Source: ANME-2 cluster archaeon (GTDB taxonomy: Archaea; Halobacteriota; Methanosarcinia; Methanosarcinales; Methanocomedenaceae). From it: 64,000 bases of DNA. Position 1 is the first letter of the stretch. Each line of letters begins with the position of its first letter. The stretch lies in assembly GCA_014237145.1 (NCBI GenBank), contig JAAXOC010000096.1, forward strand, positions 60,138 to 124,137. The letters are read 5' to 3'. The notes under the pieces were generated by a model, which was not told the origin of the DNA, searched no databases, and saw only the letters and a program-made list of their open reading frames with translations. Of this stretch, positions 62,970-64,000 are shown piece after piece. The position numbers and the translations under genes are program-made.

Positions 62970-63051
62970 GCCACAGAAGTCACAGAGAACACAGAGGTAG
63001 GATTCAAAGCTGCGAAAAAGGCATCTCTGTGACCTCTGTGTTCTCTGTGGC
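62970..63051. repeat. Palindromic element built of 9-bp CACAGAGnn units
   Basis: GCCACAGAAGTCACAGAGAACACAGAG ... CTCTGTGACCTCTGTGTTCTCTGTGGC. Confidence 0.85.
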
Positions 63052-63109
63052 AAAAAATTACAAAAAACAGACACGGTTTAGTATATTTCTAAAATATGTA
63101 ACGGAGCAG

Positions 63110-63826
63110 ATAATCATTATTTCCATCAGGCATCTGTCAAAGACTTTCGGAAACCATACTGTGCTTCGTGATATCAACCTGGATATCAAGACAGGGGATT
63201 TTTTAACCATATTCGGTCCCAACGGTGCCGGCAAGACCACCCTGGTCAAGATCATGTCCACCCTGGTCAGCCCCACTTCAGGGACTGTGCTTGTACATGA
63301 CCTCGATGTTAAGAAATCACCACTGGAAGTGAGGCGACTTATCGGTGTTATCTCGCATGAGACCTACCTGTACCAGGACCTGACTGCAAAAGAGAACTTG
63401 CTGTTCTTTGGTAGGATGTACGGTATGCACAGAGATAAGCTGGAGGCAAGGATACACGAACTTGTGAATGAAGTTGGGTTGCAGTACAGGCTGGATGACA
63501 GGGTAGGTACATTCAGCAGGGGTATGAAACAGCGCCTGAGCATTGCCCGGGCCATCCTGCATGACCCGAAGATACTGTTCCTGGATGAACCCTACACAGG
63601 GCTTGACCAGCATGCAGCAGCTACATTTGATTCTATCTTAAAAGAACTTGATGTATCAGACAAGACCCAGGTCATGGTATCCCACGATATCGAGCGTGGG
63701 CTGGCACTTGCCGATAAGGTTGTCATCCTGCATGGCGGGAATATCGTGTACGAAGCCGCTAAGGATAAGATGGAAGGCGTGGAGCAGTTCCGCCATACCT
63801 ATGAACATTATGTCAGGGAGGTGTGA
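63110..63826 (+). CDS. ccmA: Heme exporter ABC ATP-binding subunit CcmA (start uncertain)
   Basis: GPNGAGKTT, FSRGMKQR and LDEPYTGLD; followed by a ccmB-like gene. Confidence 0.85.
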   Translation: MIIISIRHLSKTFGNHTVLRDINLDIKTGDFLTIFGPNGAGKTTLVKIMSTLVSPTSGTVLVHDLDVKKSPLEVRRLIGVISHETYLYQDLTAKENLLFFGRMYGMHRDKLEARIHELVNEVGLQYRLDDRVGTFSRGMKQRLSIARAILHDPKILFLDEPYTGLDQHAAATFDSILKELDVSDKTQVMVSHDIERGLALADKVVILHGGNIVYEAAKDKMEGVEQFRHTYEHYVREV

Positions 63827-63829
63827 CAA

Positions 63830-64000
63830 TTGAAGGATTTCCTTTACCTGGCCTGGAAGGACCTGCTAATGGAGTTTCGGACCAAGCAGATGCTGAACAG
63901 CATGGTCATATTCTCGCTGCTTGTGATCGTCATATTCAACTATTCTTTCAGCAACATCCTGTTCAATGTCGAAGTAGCAGATATAGCGCCCGGTATATTG
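63830..64000 (+). CDS. ccmB: Heme exporter permease CcmB (3'-truncated by window)
   Basis: MKDFLYLAWKDLLMEFRTKQMLNSMVIFSLLVIVIFNYSF...APGIL. Confidence 0.85.
   Translation, partial: MKDFLYLAWKDLLMEFRTKQMLNSMVIFSLLVIVIFNYSFSNILFNVEVADIAPGIL

Overview
Archaeal chromosomal window. Gene content and order (split rpoB/rpoA, bacterial-type adk after secY, DUF2551, ccmAB) point to a cytochrome-bearing Methanosarcinales member, plausibly an ANME-2-like lineage (inference). Most of it is housekeeping: korABC; the priS-gins-eL42-eS27-aIF2a-nop10-PAC2 cluster; the S10/spc ribosomal superoperon through secY-adk-DUF106-cmk-cbf5-tRNA-Ser; pcn-priL; an intron-containing tRNA-Lys; rpoH-B''-B'-A'-A''-eL30-nusA-uS12-uS7-EF2-EF1A-uS10; hisB, nadX and ccmAB. 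Three accessory patches interrupt it. (1) 29.2-31.0 kb: a decayed toxin-antitoxin cluster after tRNA-Ser. (2) 47.6-49.7 kb: a TA-flanked MITE, a DUF234-type pseudogene, long hairpins and a probable deletion scar. (3) 52.8-60.6 kb: a defence island with a dead tyrosine recombinase and a type I R-M locus reduced to gene termini. In that island two intact cargo genes (a Dsr1-like sirtuin and an AlbA_2/HATPase protein) each lie between an hsdS 3' end and an hsdR 5' end, forming a tandem cassette-like array; a probable group II intron fragment follows. This array is the best candidate for an undescribed system. Other oddities are a 60-bp tandem repeat in the GINS linker and a duplicated His/Trp motif in the uS3 tail. 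All family assignments come from motif recognition, not database searches.
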